From Candidatus Latescibacterota bacterium (lineage in GTDB: Bacteria; Latescibacterota; UBA2968), in NCBI GenBank assembly GCA_965204375.1, contig OZ241986.1:5344001-5408000 (forward strand): a DNA stretch of 64,000 nt, in the 5' to 3' direction. The translations under genes were made by a program, and so were the position numbers. Positions 1-9,529 of this stretch are shown here, in pieces. Under the pieces are notes generated by a model. It had not been told where the DNA came from. It worked only from the letters and a program-made list of their open reading frames with translations, and did not search any database. Within the stretch, counting starts at the first letter, position 1; every line of letters begins with the position of its first letter.

Positions 1-86
1 TTTGCATTGGGACCAGCAGAGGCTTGTCCCACGAAGACCAGCAATGCAAGGGTGGTAATAAATAGGAATTCTTTTTTGAAAAACAT
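1..86 (-). CDS. Secreted protein, 5' part only (runs off window edge)
   Basis: GAAGGAGG RBS, then ATG at 86: MFFKKEFLLITTLALLVFVGQASAGPNA, a signal peptide ending in A-S-A. Starts 19 bp after the pnkp stop. Confidence 0.7.
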   Translation of the reverse strand, partial: MFFKKEFLFITTLALLVFVGQASAGPNA

Positions 87-104
87 TTGCGACCTCCTTC
101 CTGA

Positions 105-2636
105 CTACAGCCGTGGATCCACGGGTTCTGTTTCGAGCGCGAGGACTCCGAAGACGCATTCGTGGATGCGGCGCAGGGGCTCGTTTTGAACGAAGCGGCT
201 GAGGGCTTCGAGGCCCAGGGCAAATTCGCGCAGGGCGAGAGATTGCTTGGTTTTGACATTGCGCCAGCGCAATTTTTCGAGATTTTCGGGGGTGGTGTAT
301 TCGGGACCGTAGATGATGCGGAGGTATTCGCGTCCTCTGCATTTGATGGCGGGCTGGATCAGCCGGCCTTTTTTATTTTTCGCAATAAAATCTATGGGTT
401 TGACGACCATGCCCTCGCTGCCCTGTGCTGTTTTTTCTTTCCACCATGCAGTGGTGTTGGCACAACTTTGTGTGTCGTTGAGATCGACGACGCGGTATGA
501 CGTGGCATGGAGGAGTTCGGGATCAGCCATGCATAGTTTTGAGAGGGTTTCCATGTGATAGGTATGTGGCTGGTTGTGGTGAACGCTTCCTTCTGTGGCG
601 AGGATGTGAAAGGGCGCGAGTTTGAGGTCTGTGAGATTTTGAACGGGCCAGCAGTAGGCGCGATACGCGTGGATGTAGTGGTCGATGCGTTGTGAACTGG
701 CTCTGTATTTGGCGAGCCAGGCGGCGACGTCGATGTTGTTGTTGGCGTTTAGAGCTTCAATGGTGGCGTTGAGTGAGGCATGGGCAGAGGCACCGACAGC
801 TGCGTATTGTTCTTGCAATAGTTGTTGTGCGCGCGCAGACCAGGGCATGAGTTCGCAGTCGAGGGCTATCCATGTGGTGTTGAGGTCATTCCAGAGGTCG
901 GCTTTGGAGACGGCGTTTTGGAGACGGGAAAGGAATGCGGTTTCGAGGGTTGCATCGTCAAAGAAGGAACGGCCTGTTCGGGTATAACACGCGCCGGGTG
1001 CGGGTTCGGATAGGCCAAAACGCGCGCGGGCATCGTCATCATTTTTGCACAGGATGACTATGGCGCGGGATCCCATGTGTTTTTCTTCTGCTATGGCCTG
1101 AGTGATGTTGTTTTCCCGGTAATAGGCATAAGCTTCATCGGGGTGTTCGAGGATGTTGGGACGCGAACTGGGTTTTGATGGGGACATGGTCGGCGGCAGG
1201 TAGATCAGCCATTTGGGGTCGATGGCGTAGCGGCTCATGATTTCGAGTGCGGCTGTGGCGTGTTCTTCGCGGATGGTGATGCGCGGGATGAGAAAGGTAT
1301 CTACGGCTCGCTTGCCGCTGACGTCGTCGATGTCGAGCATGTCGTCGTGCGTTTGCTGTGCGGAGCGCGTGGTGTTAGAGGCGAGAGGACGCGCGGGTTT
1401 GCTATATGTTTTGAGCGCGGGCACGGAGACGCATTCTTTTTCGGGATAACGCAGGGCTGTGAGTGCGCCGCCATAGGCGCAGCCCGTGTCGATGTTGATG
1501 GTGTTGTTGAGCCATTCGGGATTGGATACGGGTGTGTGTCCATAGACGACAGTGGCTGTGCCGCGATATCGCGCCGCCCAGTTGAGGCGGATGGGCAGGC
1601 CGAATTCGTCGGTTTCGCCCGTGGTTTCGCCATATAGGGCGAAGGCGCGCACGGTGCCCGAGGTGCGTCCGGCGAGTTCTTCTTTCATTCCGGCGTGTGC
1701 AACGATGAGGTTGCCGTTGTCGAGTATGTAGTGGCTGACGAGGCTGTCGAGGAATTTTGCATAGCGTTTGTGGTCTTCAATGGGATATGATTCGAGCTGT
1801 TCGAGGGTTTCGGCAAGGCCATAAGTGGGTCTGACATTTTTGCCCTGTAGCGCGCGAACGAGGCGCGTGTCGTGATTGCCTGGGATGCAGAGGGCGGCGC
1901 CGGAATCGACCATTTGTATGACGAGGTCGAGTACCTCGGGTGTTTTGGGACCGCGATCTACGAGGTCGCCGAGAAAGATGGCTTTGCGTCCCGGCGGTGG
2001 TGCGATGTGGTTGGACTGAATGTCGTAGCCGAGTTTGTCGAGTAGGGAGAGGAGTTCGTCGTAACAGCCGTGTACATCGCCGATGATGTCAAAGGGACCG
2101 CGTTCGTCGCGGCGGTTGGGCCAAACTTTTTCGCGTGTGACACACACGCGCTGGATTTCTTCTTCTGAGCGCAGGGTGTAGATGCGGCGAAATCCTTCGC
2201 GTTTGAGGCGTCTGAACGAGCGGCGGAGTTGATGGCGTTGTTGCGCGATAACGCGATGCGCAAAGTTGCGGTCTGGGCGGTGTTTGTTGCGTTCGCGGCA
2301 GAGGTCTTCGGGCATGTCGAGGACGATGGCGATGGGGAAGACGTGATGTTGTTTGGCCAGTGCGACGAGGGATTTGCGGGCGCTTTCCTGTACGTTGGTG
2401 GCGTCGATAACGGTGAGTTTGTAATTGGCGAGGCGTTTGGCTGCCACGTAGTGGAGGGTTTCAAATGCCTCTTTTGTGATGGTCTGATCGGTTTCGTCGT
2501 CGCTGATGAGTCCGCGGAAGTAGTCGGAGGAGAGGACTTCGGTCGGTTTGAAGTGGGTTTTGGCAAATGTGGATTTGCCAGAGCCAGATACGCCGATGAG
2601 GACGACGAGGGAGATTTCGGGGAGTGTGATGTTCAT
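105..2636 (-). CDS. pnkp: Bacterial polynucleotide kinase-phosphatase (Pnkp), RNA repair
   Basis: N-terminal kinase P-loop GVSGSGKS; metallophosphoesterase motifs DVHG, GDLVDRG, GNHD; C-terminal ligase motifs EKHMGSR, EGMVVKP; ends VDPRL; adjacent to hen1. Confidence 0.95.
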   Translation of the reverse strand: MNITLPEISLVVLIGVSGSGKSTFAKTHFKPTEVLSSDYFRGLISDDETDQTITKEAFETLHYVAAKRLANYKLTVIDATNVQESARKSLVALAKQHHVFPIAIVLDMPEDLCRERNKHRPDRNFAHRVIAQQRHQLRRSFRRLKREGFRRIYTLRSEEEIQRVCVTREKVWPNRRDERGPFDIIGDVHGCYDELLSLLDKLGYDIQSNHIAPPPGRKAIFLGDLVDRGPKTPEVLDLVIQMVDSGAALCIPGNHDTRLVRALQGKNVRPTYGLAETLEQLESYPIEDHKRYAKFLDSLVSHYILDNGNLIVAHAGMKEELAGRTSGTVRAFALYGETTGETDEFGLPIRLNWAARYRGTATVVYGHTPVSNPEWLNNTINIDTGCAYGGALTALRYPEKECVSVPALKTYSKPARPLASNTTRSAQQTHDDMLDIDDVSGKRAVDTFLIPRITIREEHATAALEIMSRYAIDPKWLIYLPPTMSPSKPSSRPNILEHPDEAYAYYRENNITQAIAEEKHMGSRAIVILCKNDDDARARFGLSEPAPGACYTRTGRSFFDDATLETAFLSRLQNAVSKADLWNDLNTTWIALDCELMPWSARAQQLLQEQYAAVGASAHASLNATIEALNANNNIDVAAWLAKYRASSQRIDHYIHAYRAYCWPVQNLTDLKLAPFHILATEGSVHHNQPHTYHMETLSKLCMADPELLHATSYRVVDLNDTQSCANTTAWWKEKTAQGSEGMVVKPIDFIAKNKKGRLIQPAIKCRGREYLRIIYGPEYTTPENLEKLRWRNVKTKQSLALREFALGLEALSRFVQNEPLRRIHECVFGVLALETEPVDPRL

Positions 2637-2639
2637 GGT

Positions 2640-4001
2640 TTATTTTGTATTAAATACGGCCATTTGCGTTGGTGGTCCTGCTTTGGGATCTACGGGACCG
2701 ATGGGTTTGATTGTTGTGTGGTAGTTGAATTTTTTTTCGATGCCTTGCGTCCAGTGTTGAAATTGTTTGCGCGACCACTCGAACCGGTGATCGGGATGGC
2801 GAAATTGCCCGGCGGGAAGAGATTCCCAAAGCGTGTTGAAGTCGGCGTTTGGGGTGGTGATGATGACGGTGTTGGGATGGGCATATTCGAATACGACGCG
2901 TTCGCAGACGGGTAGTCGCGATGGGTCGAGGTGTTCGACGACTTCGAGGAGTACTGCGGCGTCATAGCCGTCGAGGCGCGTGTCGCGATAGAATAGGGAT
3001 CCGTGAATGAGTTCGATGCGGTTGCGCTGTATGGATTGCTCAAGGCGGTTATGAGCGCGGCTCAAGGCATAGTGTGATACTTCCATGCCGAGGATTTTGG
3101 TGAATTGGGCGCGTTCTGACAGGACTTGTGTGAAGTGGCCTTCACCGCAGCCGAGGTCGAGTACGCGTTGTGCGCCGCTGTTTTCGAGTTCTTTGAGTAC
3201 GGCATTGTGCCGTTGCTGGTTTAGTCTGAGGTTGTTTTCGACAACGAGTTCGTTGTCTTTGATATTGCGCGATAGGGGTTGTTCATCCATGAGGCGATAG
3301 GCTTCCTGGGTGAGGATGCGCTGGTGTCTGAGGTATCGGTCGATGATGAGGTCGCGTTTGGGGTGGTCTGATAACCAGCCTTCGCCGCGGCGCATCAGGG
3401 TGTCGATTTCAGATTGGCTGACGAAGTAGTGTTTGTCGTCATCGAGTACGGGGATGAGGACGTAGAGATGGGTGAGCAGGTTTTTTAGTGGGATGTTTGC
3501 TTCGAGTGAGACGGTGTAATACGGGCTGTACCCCCATTCTGAGAATTTTTCGTCGAGGAGGTGCGGTTTGGCTGTGACTTTATATCCCAATGGCTGAAAC
3601 AGGTCGTTGAGTAGTTGGTCGCCGCCGCGACAAGGAAGAACGTGGATTTCTGCGTGCAAGGGGATGGGCCGGGTGACGAGGTCGGGTCGGTCGGCGCACT
3701 GGCCTTTGAGCGCGCTGCCAAATACGCGGGCGATGGCTACGCTGGTAAATGAGGAGGCGACATAGGGACGATCTGTGACATAATCGCGAAGTGCAAAGGT
3801 GTTTTGGCGACGGCGTTTGAGGCCAATGGTGTCGAGGTCGAGCAATAGGGCAGCCGTGCATTTTTCATCTGTGGCTTCGGGATAAAATACATGTGCGCGA
3901 CCAAAAGATAAGTTAAACGTTTGTGCGCGTCCGGGATGTTTGTGTAGCAGATAGCCCAGGTCGGTTGCGGGGTTGTATGTGGTTGTGATGGTTAAGAGCA
4001 T
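2640..4001 (-). CDS. hen1: 3'-terminal RNA ribose 2'-O-methyltransferase Hen1
   Basis: Family N-terminus MLLTITTTYNPATDLGYLLHKHP (ATG at 4001; the longer ORF-track start lies in REP repeats); SAM motif LDLGCGEG; EVVEHL; RHPDHRFEW. Confidence 0.95.
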   Translation of the reverse strand: MLLTITTTYNPATDLGYLLHKHPGRAQTFNLSFGRAHVFYPEATDEKCTAALLLDLDTIGLKRRRQNTFALRDYVTDRPYVASSFTSVAIARVFGSALKGQCADRPDLVTRPIPLHAEIHVLPCRGGDQLLNDLFQPLGYKVTAKPHLLDEKFSEWGYSPYYTVSLEANIPLKNLLTHLYVLIPVLDDDKHYFVSQSEIDTLMRRGEGWLSDHPKRDLIIDRYLRHQRILTQEAYRLMDEQPLSRNIKDNELVVENNLRLNQQRHNAVLKELENSGAQRVLDLGCGEGHFTQVLSERAQFTKILGMEVSHYALSRAHNRLEQSIQRNRIELIHGSLFYRDTRLDGYDAAVLLEVVEHLDPSRLPVCERVVFEYAHPNTVIITTPNADFNTLWESLPAGQFRHPDHRFEWSRKQFQHWTQGIEKKFNYHTTIKPIGPVDPKAGPPTQMAVFNTK

Positions 4002-4067
4002 GTGAAGTGTGATCCACAGAAAAAACGCGAATAATTTGAGCGTTTTACGCAGAAAAAACGCAGATGT

Positions 4068-4121
4068 GTAGGGGCGAAAAATCTTTCGCCCGTTTGTAGG
4101 GGCGAGGCATGCCTCGCCCGT
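4068..4121 (+). repeat. Tandem pair of GTAG-type REP palindromes
   Basis: GTAGGGGCGAAAAATCTTTCGCCC and GTAGGGGCGAGGCATGCCTCGCCC; near-identical copies at 7537, 27471 and 27501. Confidence 0.85.
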
Positions 4122-4207
4122 CATCGCGGCATGATTCCCTGCTCAACATCATGCAGAGCCTGCCCTTGAGGTTTTAATCAAGGGGACATGGCCGAGCTGC
4201 GATCCAG
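4120..4207 (+). repeat. GTCATCGCGG...GCGATCCAG palindromic repeat with nested hairpin inserts
   Basis: Aligns to 9444-9502 but carries an extra 27-nt hairpin at 4157-4183. Confidence 0.75.
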
Positions 4208-4405
4208 AGGTTTTGTTTGTTATTACTGACGTTGTGCATTGGCGTGCTGTTTCAAGATACACAGAAAATCATATAAATGATAGTGTTACTTGTACCTATG
4301 CTGATCTTTTTAGGTGGACTGAAATTTGTTGATGGTGTATTTTTCGATGATGGATGCGAGGTGTTTGACGTTTGAGAGAATTTACATTTTTGGAAGGGGC
4401 GAAAA

Positions 4406-4603
4406 ATGATACGCGAGATCGTGATGGCTGGCATATCCGTTGGGGCGGTGATTGCGCTGGCGTGGTGGATGGATCATCCAAAAAAAGAGGTGGGAAGTCT
4501 GTTGGCTGTTGGTGTGTTTGTGGTGATCGTTGTGGTTGCTTTTCTAAAAAATAAGAATCAGGTGACGCGCTATCAAAGGATGAAGCACAAGAATGATAAG
4601 TGA
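4406..4603 (+). CDS. Small two-TM membrane protein
   Basis: 65 aa, two hydrophobic stretches, GGAAGGGG upstream. Confidence 0.5.
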   Translation: MIREIVMAGISVGAVIALAWWMDHPKKEVGSLLAVGVFVVIVVVAFLKNKNQVTRYQRMKHKNDK

Positions 4604-4622
4604 ATGTAGCGGGGGAATAGGG

Positions 4623-6002
4623 ATGTTTGTTATGAGAGGGTTTGGCAGTGTGGTTGTGATGGTCCTTGTCGCTGGATTGATGTGGCACTGTGGTGGCGAG
4701 CGTGTGATGATGGAGGTAGATGAGCAGGTTGGGCAGCCGCTGAGTAAGCTGGCGGTGCAAGACAATGCGTCGGGGGCTGTGGTGGTGGCTTCTGTGCGAC
4801 AGGATGACGCGCCTATAAGTGGTGCAATGGTAGAGTTTGCGCGTTCTATTGCGGGTCTGGCGGCAGAGTATGCGTGGTCGGGGATGACGGATGAAGAGGG
4901 TCGGGTGCGGTTGGAGATTGCGGGCGATGCGACGGGTTATTATCAGGTGCGTGCATCGCAGGATGGCCGGGTGATCGGTTTGTGGTCGAGTATTCCGATT
5001 AATGCAGGCGATGAGGTGATGGTCAATTTGCCCATTGATGGGAAGGCGAGTGTGATGAAGATGTCTCCGTCGTCGGCTTGCGCGGATCGCGTGCTCAATT
5101 TTGGTTTTTATGCCTTTTTTATGCCGGTCAGTTCCAGTGCAGATCCCGATCCGGATGCCGCCGGGTTTAATACACATGTGGGTTATGAAGCGGATTTGTT
5201 GACGGCTCTGGAAGCGATGGATGGCGCAGGGCTGGCGTTTTCCCGGCGTGGTATTGATATATGGCCCAATATCTGGCTGCTGTCGGCTGGTTCGGAATAC
5301 GATGTTGTGGGCGGTGGTATTACGATTCTCAATTCTCGAACCCGCGATGAGATGGGCAATCAGGTGGTGACTTTTACTTCGGGGCATATTGCGTTTCGGC
5401 AGTCGCTTCTGGTGCGTGTCGAAGATGGAGCGCGCTGGGTTAGTCACGATGACTTGACGAGCGAGGTACGCGTGGGCGCGCTGGCTAGTACGACGGGGGA
5501 GGCGCGTTTACTGGTGCTGACGGGTCTGGTCAATGCCGATGGGGTTTTGGCTGCGGGTGTGCGCGTTGAAACGCAAACGGATACGGTGGTTGCCGATGGC
5601 AGCGCGGATTATTTTATTACTGCTGCTGGCGCGTCGCCGAACCTTGAAGGCAGGCGGCATCTTTATCCGCCTGTAGATACGATGCCGCAGGTGGTTTATG
5701 TGGGAGCCAGCGACGAAGAATTACTCGGTGCGCTTGCGTCTGGTAGGATTGATGCTCTGGCTCAAGGAGCAATCGGCAACCGCGATGCGGTTCACGCTTC
5801 GGGTGGTGCTTTTGTGGTTACGGCGCTGGATGCCGCGGTTGAGTATGGCGGCTTTACCCTTGGTGTAGAGGATGCGGATTTGGCTGCCTGTATTGATGAT
5901 AAGATCAATTATCTGACGGATGACCGACGCATCGGCTATGGAGAGTGGAGACAAGATCCTATGATTTTCATGACCCGGGCCAGGATGTGGCAGGGGCAAT
6001 GA
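4623..6002 (+). CDS. Lipoprotein with N-terminal beta-sandwich domain and polar-amino-acid-type substrate-binding domain
   Basis: Hydrophobic signal ending LMWHCGG; GYEADLL, YDVVGGGITILNSR, RQSLLVR, VGALASTTGE and ALASGRIDA resemble SBP family 3. Start codon uncertain. Confidence 0.65.
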   Translation: MFVMRGFGSVVVMVLVAGLMWHCGGERVMMEVDEQVGQPLSKLAVQDNASGAVVVASVRQDDAPISGAMVEFARSIAGLAAEYAWSGMTDEEGRVRLEIAGDATGYYQVRASQDGRVIGLWSSIPINAGDEVMVNLPIDGKASVMKMSPSSACADRVLNFGFYAFFMPVSSSADPDPDAAGFNTHVGYEADLLTALEAMDGAGLAFSRRGIDIWPNIWLLSAGSEYDVVGGGITILNSRTRDEMGNQVVTFTSGHIAFRQSLLVRVEDGARWVSHDDLTSEVRVGALASTTGEARLLVLTGLVNADGVLAAGVRVETQTDTVVADGSADYFITAAGASPNLEGRRHLYPPVDTMPQVVYVGASDEELLGALASGRIDALAQGAIGNRDAVHASGGAFVVTALDAAVEYGGFTLGVEDADLAACIDDKINYLTDDRRIGYGEWRQDPMIFMTRARMWQGQ

Positions 6003-6024
6003 TTATTAAGCACACTCTTCATTT

Positions 6025-6066
6025 AACTCCTCAAAGCCTTCGGGTTTTGAGGAGTTTTTTATTTTT
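6025..6066 (+). terminator. Rho-independent terminator
   Basis: AACTCCTCAAAGCC-TTC-GGGTTTTGAGGAGTT hairpin followed by a T-run. Confidence 0.8.
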
Positions 6067-6070
6067 CCGC

Positions 6071-6099
6071 TTGACAAGAGAATTGTTTGAGTGTATTAT
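6071..6099 (+). promoter_or_regulatory. Sigma70-type promoter
   Basis: TTGACA-N17-TATTAT upstream of the S41 peptidase. Confidence 0.75.
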
Positions 6100-6112
6100 T
6101 TAGGTAGAACAC
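6091..6112. promoter_or_regulatory. Putative YtrA/GntR operator
   Basis: GTGTATTA-N6-TAGAACAC imperfect palindrome overlapping the -10 box; a YtrA-like regulator lies in the same operon. Confidence 0.6.
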
Positions 6113-6150
6113 TAAGACGCTGGTAATTTTTAACTCGATTGGAGGATCAA

Positions 6151-7533
6151 ATGACTGCTCGATATTTTAAGTTCTGCCGATCTGGTCTCGGGATGTTCGC
6201 AACGGCGCGTGGAACACTGTTGGGCTTCTGTTTGTTCGTCGGATGTGCGACCGCGGGTGCTGAGGAACCCCCTCGGGTGGTGCGGACTGTGCCGGAGAAT
6301 GGTGCGCAGTCGGTGGATGCCGCTACGACGGAGTTGCGCGTCACTTTTGACCAGCCCATGAGGCGCGGGATGTCGTTTACGATTATAGGGAACAAATCTA
6401 TGCTCCCAGAGGTTGCCGGAAAGCCCCGGTGGATTTCTGATACGACTATTGTTCTTCCTGTGAAACTCAAGCCGGGCCGCGAATATCGATTGGGTATCAA
6501 TTCAAAGTCAAAGCGTTATCAGAATTTTCGAGGAACCAATGGGCTTCCCGCGGTTCCCGATTCCATCTCTTTCAGGACTGCTCTTTCGGGCGATGTAAAA
6601 CCCCTGGATCCAGAAAAGAATCGGAAATCGTTGGAGCAGTTGAGGTCGGCCATTGAGGAGAAGTATTCCCATCGCGATCTGCGGGGCGTGGATTGGGATG
6701 TTAGATTTTCTGAGTTCGAGGCGCGGTTGATTGATGCGAAGATGCCCGGCCAGTTTGCCAGTCTTGCTGGACAACTTCTGGAAGTCGCCCGCGATGCTCA
6801 TATCTGGATTGGTGTGGATGGTGATCAATTAGCTGGCTTTCAGCGCAATGTTCGCCTCAACGCGGATCGAGAGTTGCTGAAACAAACAGTACCTCAGTTT
6901 CGATCCGTCAATCGCGTGGTGGCTACTGGAAGATTTCCAGATGGACCGGCGTATCTGGTGATTGGAAGTTGGGCACAAAAAGCGGCCCGGGATATCGAGG
7001 CCGCTGCGAAATGGATCGACGAACTGTCTCCGGATGATACACTGATTCTGGATATTCGGTTCAACAGTGGAGGAGACGAGCGGTTGGCGAGAAAGATCGC
7101 CGGTCGATTTGTCGATCAATCTGTGGTATATGCCGGTCATGTCAATCGCGATACTTCCAGTCCTTCTGGTTTTTCTGAAATCAAGACGCGAACGCTGAAG
7201 CCGATTCGGCCCGGTTTTCGAGGGCGCACGGTCGTTTTGATGGGGCCGGTCAATATGAGCAGTTGCGAGGCGTTTTTGTTGATGATGAAGCAAGCACCAC
7301 AATGCACGCTGATGGGCGAGAAGTCCTACGGTAGTTCGGGCAATCCAAAGCCCATTTCCCTGGCGAATGGGGTAACCGTGTTTCTTCCGTCGTGGGTGGC
7401 TTTGACGCCCGATGGAGAGCCGTTTGAGGGTAAGGGTATCTCACCCGATGTTCACGTCGAATTTCCCGACGGATCAGAGGATGATCCTTTAATCAACGCA
7501 GCCCTTGAATTGTTGAAAGGCGATGAGAGGTAA
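6151..7533 (+). CDS. S41 family peptidase with N-terminal Ig-like domain
   Basis: PPRVVRTVPENGA...LRVTFDQPM (Big_5-like); ILDIRFNSGG, NMSSCEAF, GEKSYGS, EGKGISPDV S41 motifs. Confidence 0.85.
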   Translation: MTARYFKFCRSGLGMFATARGTLLGFCLFVGCATAGAEEPPRVVRTVPENGAQSVDAATTELRVTFDQPMRRGMSFTIIGNKSMLPEVAGKPRWISDTTIVLPVKLKPGREYRLGINSKSKRYQNFRGTNGLPAVPDSISFRTALSGDVKPLDPEKNRKSLEQLRSAIEEKYSHRDLRGVDWDVRFSEFEARLIDAKMPGQFASLAGQLLEVARDAHIWIGVDGDQLAGFQRNVRLNADRELLKQTVPQFRSVNRVVATGRFPDGPAYLVIGSWAQKAARDIEAAAKWIDELSPDDTLILDIRFNSGGDERLARKIAGRFVDQSVVYAGHVNRDTSSPSGFSEIKTRTLKPIRPGFRGRTVVLMGPVNMSSCEAFLLMMKQAPQCTLMGEKSYGSSGNPKPISLANGVTVFLPSWVALTPDGEPFEGKGISPDVHVEFPDGSEDDPLINAALELLKGDER

Positions 7534-7536
7534 GAT

Positions 7537-7562
7537 GTAGGGGCGAGGCATGCCTCGCCCGT
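7537..7562 (+). repeat. GTAG REP palindrome
   Basis: GTAGGGGCGAGGCATGCCTCGCCCGT, identical to 4096-4121. Confidence 0.85.
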
Positions 7563-7625
7563 TTTAAGATACAAGACGTAAGAAGGGATGACTTTAACGT
7601 CTCACCTGTATCAAAGGAGTATGAC

Positions 7626-8294
7626 ATGAAACAATTTTTTGCGCTGTATGTGAAGGAGATCAAAGCGAATAGAACCCTTTTTCTCTTTTTGCTCCTTTTG
7701 ATTGCGGGGATAAATGTCTATGGGTTTATGGACAATGACTTAGATTTTCCTTTGTCAATTCTGGCTGCTTTTATCCTCGTTCTCAGTCTGCCCTTTTTGC
7801 TGGCACACGCCTTCAATACCGAGTGGAAATCAGAAACGCATTATCAGATGTTTGCACTGCCGATTCCACAATACACAATGATTCTGGCAAAGATCGCTGC
7901 GGTTGCGAGTAAGGGCATTGTAGGTGGCATAATTGTAATAAATTGTCTGTACTTATGGCTGATGGGTGCTGCGGCCGATGATATAAGACTTTCATTTTTC
8001 GGAAGGGAGGTGACGGGGGTACCAGCGTTTTCTGATTTTGCTTTTTGGACTGGTATGACACTTGTGACATATATGGTTTTCATTCTCGGCGTTGTGGCCG
8101 GAATGGAGGGGGTAAAGTTTTCGGTTAAGCGGTATCGGGGATTGACTGCGGTTGCTTTTTTTATTCTTGCCGTGTTTGTGTATGGCCGACTTTTACCACA
8201 AGACGATTGGTCTCCTTTCGTCTATACGTTTCTGATGGGTGTCATCTTTATGATTATTGGGCTTGTTGTGTATGAAAAACGCGCGGAAATATGA
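7626..8294 (+). CDS. ABC transporter permease (paralog 1)
   Basis: Multi-TM; YVKEIK, EWKSETHYQMFALP, ILAKI motifs of ABC-2-type permeases; AAAGGAG RBS. Confidence 0.75.
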   Translation: MKQFFALYVKEIKANRTLFLFLLLLIAGINVYGFMDNDLDFPLSILAAFILVLSLPFLLAHAFNTEWKSETHYQMFALPIPQYTMILAKIAAVASKGIVGGIIVINCLYLWLMGAAADDIRLSFFGREVTGVPAFSDFAFWTGMTLVTYMVFILGVVAGMEGVKFSVKRYRGLTAVAFFILAVFVYGRLLPQDDWSPFVYTFLMGVIFMIIGLVVYEKRAEI

Positions 8295-8335
8295 CGTTCA
8301 GTGTCTGACCTTACAAAAAGTCAGGAGGCATTTGT

Positions 8336-8707
8336 ATGCCACCTTATGAGTTTGATCCGAATGCACCTATTTATCTACAAATTATTGGCGAGATCAAAAA
8401 GCGTTCGGTGCGCGGGGTTTATTCGCCGGGTTCAAAGTTGCCTTCGGTGCGGGATATGGCGAGGAAAATGGGCGTGAATCCCAATACGATGGCGCGGGCT
8501 TATGCAGAACTCGAGCGGGAGGGATTTGTTTTTACGCGGCGCGGGCAGGGTTCGTTTGTTACGGGGGATGGGAAGAAGATTGAGGCTGAAAAGCGGAAGT
8601 TGGCACAGAGTGCTGTTGCGCGGTTTGTTGCAGAGGTTGGAGAATTAGATCTTTCCAGCGAGCAAGTTGCCAATTTGTTGCGCGATATAGAGGAGGATTT
8701 GACATGA
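8336..8707 (+). CDS. GntR family (YtrA subfamily) transcriptional regulator
   Basis: PIYLQI, KLPSVRDMA, GVNPNTMARAYAELEREG, RGQGSFV; 123 aa. Confidence 0.92.
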   Translation: MPPYEFDPNAPIYLQIIGEIKKRSVRGVYSPGSKLPSVRDMARKMGVNPNTMARAYAELEREGFVFTRRGQGSFVTGDGKKIEAEKRKLAQSAVARFVAEVGELDLSSEQVANLLRDIEEDLT

Positions 8708-9396
8708 TGATCGATGTTCGAGATGTGTGGAAGCGATATCCAGGTGCGTGGGCACTGCGCGGTGTTTCTTTTCAGGTTGAGCGCGGGCGCGTGCAAGGTG
8801 TGTTGGGCGAAAATGGCAGTGGAAAGAGTACGTTGTTCCGCATTCTGGCTGGTTTGACCCGTCCGTCGCGGGGATCCGCCGAGGTGATGGGGCAAGCGGT
8901 GAGTGTGAAGACCCGACAGCATGTGGCTTATTTGACGGAGGTCAATCCGTTTTACGATTGGATGAAGGTGACGGAGCAGGTCGAGTTTTTGGCGCGTTTT
9001 TATCCGATGTGGGATATGGATAAGTCGCGCGAGTTGCTGAGTTTTATGGGGCTGGATGGCGATAAAAAGGTGGGCGCGCTTTCGCGGGGTCAACAGGGAC
9101 GGCTCAAGGTGGTGTGCGCGTTTTCCTGGCCCAGTGATCTGGTTTTGATGGATGAGCCGCTATCCGGTATTGATCCCCCGTCGCGCAAACGTATTGTCGA
9201 AGCCCTGTTTAGTGAGTTTCGTTTTGGAGAGCAGACGATTTTGATTTCGACGCATCTGGTCCATGAAGTGGGCGAGTTTATCGAGGATGTGATGTTTATG
9301 AAAGAGGGCGAGATCGCGCTTTCCGGCAATGCAGATGCTCTGCGTGAGGAACGCGGGGAGTCGCTTTCGGAGATGTTTGAGATGGTGGCGATGTGA
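8704..9396 (+). CDS. ABC transporter ATP-binding protein (YtrB-like)
   Basis: GENGSGKST, LSRGQ, LMDEP, STH. Confidence 0.92.
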   Translation: MMIDVRDVWKRYPGAWALRGVSFQVERGRVQGVLGENGSGKSTLFRILAGLTRPSRGSAEVMGQAVSVKTRQHVAYLTEVNPFYDWMKVTEQVEFLARFYPMWDMDKSRELLSFMGLDGDKKVGALSRGQQGRLKVVCAFSWPSDLVLMDEPLSGIDPPSRKRIVEALFSEFRFGEQTILISTHLVHEVGEFIEDVMFMKEGEIALSGNADALREERGESLSEMFEMVAM

Positions 9397-9417
9397 GATG
9401 GCCGGTGCCGTAATGTT

Positions 9418-9502
9418 GTAGGGGACGGCCCCTGTGCCGTCCCGTCATCGCGGCATGTTCCCTGCTTAAATCATGCAGGGACATGCTTTAGCCGCGATCC
9501 AG
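9418..9502 (+). repeat. GTAG REP followed by GTCATCGCGG repeat with nested hairpin
   Basis: GTAGGGGACGGCCCCTGTGCCGTCCC, then GTCATCGCGGCATG[TTCCCTGCTTAAATCATGCAGGGACATG]CTTTAGCCGCGATCCAG. Confidence 0.8.
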
Positions 9503-9529
9503 CCTACCGAGATTTGAAAGGAGTATGAC

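Noticed and set aside
4068-4121. CRISPR array from repeated GTAGGGGCG palindromes
   Set aside because: Copies are dispersed or adjacent without spacers, and no cas genes are present; they are REP-like.
4296-5447. Long antisense and alternate-frame ORFs (e.g. 4296-5447, 13023-13907, 38530-39492)
   Set aside because: Shadows of well-supported genes, with no motifs or RBS.
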